From Rhizaria sp. SCN 62-66 (lineage: Eukaryota), in assembly GCA_001724265.1 (NCBI GenBank), contig MEDY01000252.1, positions 54,226 through 74,225 on the forward strand: 20,000 nucleotides of DNA, given 5' to 3'. Of this stretch, positions 19,201 through 20,000 are shown one piece after another (the first letter of the stretch is position 1; each line of letters opens with the position of its first letter). The notes beneath the pieces are model-generated. The model had not been told where the DNA came from. It saw nothing but the letters and a program-made list of their open reading frames with translations, and searched no databases. The translations under genes and the position numbers were made by a program.

Positions 19201-20000
19201 GCGGCCGCCGCGCGCTGCTGCCGCCGCTGCTGCTTGGCGCGCTCGCGCCGGCGCTGCTGCTGCAGCTTCTTCTTCTCGCGCTGCTCCTGGCGGCTTAACT
19301 TCTTCACAGCACGCTTGCCCTTCGTCGGAGCAGCAGCAGCACTGGCACTGGCGCTAGAGCTGGAGCTAGAGCTGGAGCTGGAGCTGGAGCCGCTCGAGTC
19401 TCCCTTTATCATGCCGTCGGCGTTCGCAGACGAAGACAGGCCCCCGCCCACCCTGCTTGACTTCTTGCTCTGCATGTAAGTGGGCCCCACGTAGGTGCCC
19501 TCTTTGGTGCGCAGGTAGAAGTCGCTGGGCAGCTTGTAGCGCACATAGCAGTTATTGTGCATGTGGTCCAGGCTAACCGTGACCGTGCCGTGAGGCGAAG
19601 CGGCCACCGCGTCGGACAGACTGAAATAGTACCGCAAAGCCTCATCGTCGTCACCGTACTCGTCGTCGTAGTCGCCGTCGCCGTCACCGTCAGCCTCAAC
19701 GTCGTCGTCCTCGTCCTCGTCCTCGTCATCGCCAGCGCTGTCACTGTCGACCGCGCCTCCGCCTGCTCCTGTGGCTGTGTTGAGAGGGCGGATGCCCAGC
19801 CGGGCCGCGGCGGCTGGGTTGGCGGCCAGATACAACTCCGCCTGCGCCTCGCGCTGCGTCTTGCGCGCCCTGCGCTCCGCCGCGCGCGCCGCCGTCAGAG
19901 CCGCCGCCGCGACCGACGCGGCCGCCGAGAGCAGCGGGTCCTGGGGCGCGGCAGCCGCGGCGGCCGCGGCGGCCGCGGCCTCGGCGGCGGCAGCGGCGGT
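16275..20000 (-). CDS. Large low-complexity protein (>1240 aa, 5' end outside window), probably nuclear; tentatively ubinuclein/HPC2-like histone chaperone
   Basis: Frame open from position 20000 to TAA at 16277-16275. Poly-Ala, poly-Asp/Glu, poly-Gln and poly-Ser tracts and basic NLS-like clusters (RKRRTKK, KAPRKKK, PRKRGPKPK). Helical segment KKQIPPVLAPTLAAVA...VSLVTEMLRYWGRATVSKRLKL. Coding status is well supported; the family call is weak. Confidence 0.75.
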   Translation of the reverse strand, partial: TAAAAAEAAAAAAAAAAAPQDPLLSAAASVAAAALTAARAAERRARKTQREAQAELYLAANPAAAARLGIRPLNTATGAGGGAVDSDSAGDDEDEDEDDDVEADGDGDGDYDDEYGDDDEALRYYFSLSDAVAASPHGTVTVSLDHMHNNCYVRYKLPSDFYLRTKEGTYVGPTYMQSKKSSRVGGGLSSSANADGMIKGDSSGSSSSSSSSSSSSASASAAAAPTKGKRAVKKLSRQEQREKKKLQQQRRRERAKQQRRQQRAAAAAAAGVPYNEEEDDDESEEDDEDDGNLQGFVVTDEEEEDEDDDDDDGEDGDGDDNDDNDDDDDDDDDDKEQDDNANKSDASDSENNNSDDDENNNAASSGPGKPAVKRPRPAHGHPAAHSHFAHFPPLSQHPVPAVAGFYVLAPGPVPMLAMPPLPPPPPPVAKAAAAGATAAAATSSAKAGSAAAAASQAQTQAQGQGQGKEADTGDAAAAKGARGGQKRASAAAATTAAAAAAAAGSAAGAGAGAGSNAAATAKAPRQRKQKATVAAPAAADAANAAAGSDAAAGGRAAPASGVRKRRTKKEIAEAKAATEAALAAAAAAAAVTTQLGTAATAPSGVAASVDASNRADAAAAAHAGSDASGYYASGAGAGAGVSMTDADTDPSSRNNYDGINAELQQQQQQQQAAAAAAAASVSSSYSYSAYNNGDLNSANGNTHASGHATTAASSADPHLSTPLPGADASAHVPQSEFFPEYPLAVAQALTALKQALEPLIPALEETKLEPDSGAVLAAAAAVTAAEAAAAEATAAAGAAATPAAASALLAAAAARVTKAQRAFAEASRPRNKKQIPPVLAPTLAAVAAAAAAAGGPSGKGMSARTRQAMVSLVTEMLRYWGRATVSKRLKLSDDESTGPAPGPGASAGANSIPTAIGSKTADTASSSSSAQNEGVSGSSAFNHAAAAAAAAAAAAAGAFGQGPIHGHGYAHGYSQSHNDEYDDGDDELNNSSNANLGATSFPNLGIASFPTLSAHADPNNGTRTHAYSDLPNLGMGAPVYPHYPHMTAPGYTDVGAAAYPSAYGNVSSTAYSSMHSHAIATMGAIADLPDSSNTSTGIAAGAAAAAAAKPKAPRKKKAPADEGAAVSTPLDGTGAGAGAGAAAPRKRGPKPKPVSATGADHAAGSATGGARAGKGRGAKAVTVALSAEAAAAQAQAEANAKATAGANEALALLLATAGDGNGGFGGLGSMSGDDDYDRDLD

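Noticed and set aside
1-20000. Numerous long antisense or alternate-frame ORFs (e.g. 9976-10890 -, 14112-15179 -, 5261-6040 -, 2364-3152 +, 18546-19298 +)
   Set aside because: Shadow ORFs caused by GC-rich codon bias over real genes; no recognisable domains.
16275-20000. Tandem repeats as a CRISPR array or mobile element
   Set aside because: They are codon-phase microsatellites encoding poly-Ala, Asp, Gln and Ser. There are no spacers, transposase or terminal repeats, and the context is eukaryotic.

Overview
Eukaryotic genomic DNA, probably from a flagellated protist, with GC-rich exons and AT-rich spliceosomal introns of 135-216 nt carrying GTAYGT-type donors. Seven protein-coding genes: an OCRL/INPP5B-like inositol 5-phosphatase (- strand, runs off the left edge), heme-less cystathionine beta-synthase, TRP14/TXNDC17-like thioredoxin, proteasome ATPase RPT1, mitochondrial adrenodoxin reductase, CFAP210, and a long low-complexity, possibly ubinuclein-like protein (runs off the right edge). 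Two features stand out. (1) The ~1.4 kb non-coding gap after the CBS stop is packed with nested 8-17 bp helices whose non-Watson-Crick positions are mostly G-U on the + strand, including a long-range pseudoknot. This is a candidate large structured RNA (CBS 3'UTR element or independent ncRNA) between two cysteine-metabolism genes. (2) A single in-frame TAG splits the 5-phosphatase inside an apparently conserved helix, while none of the six visible gene ends uses TAG. All pairings and homologies were read by eye and not computed.
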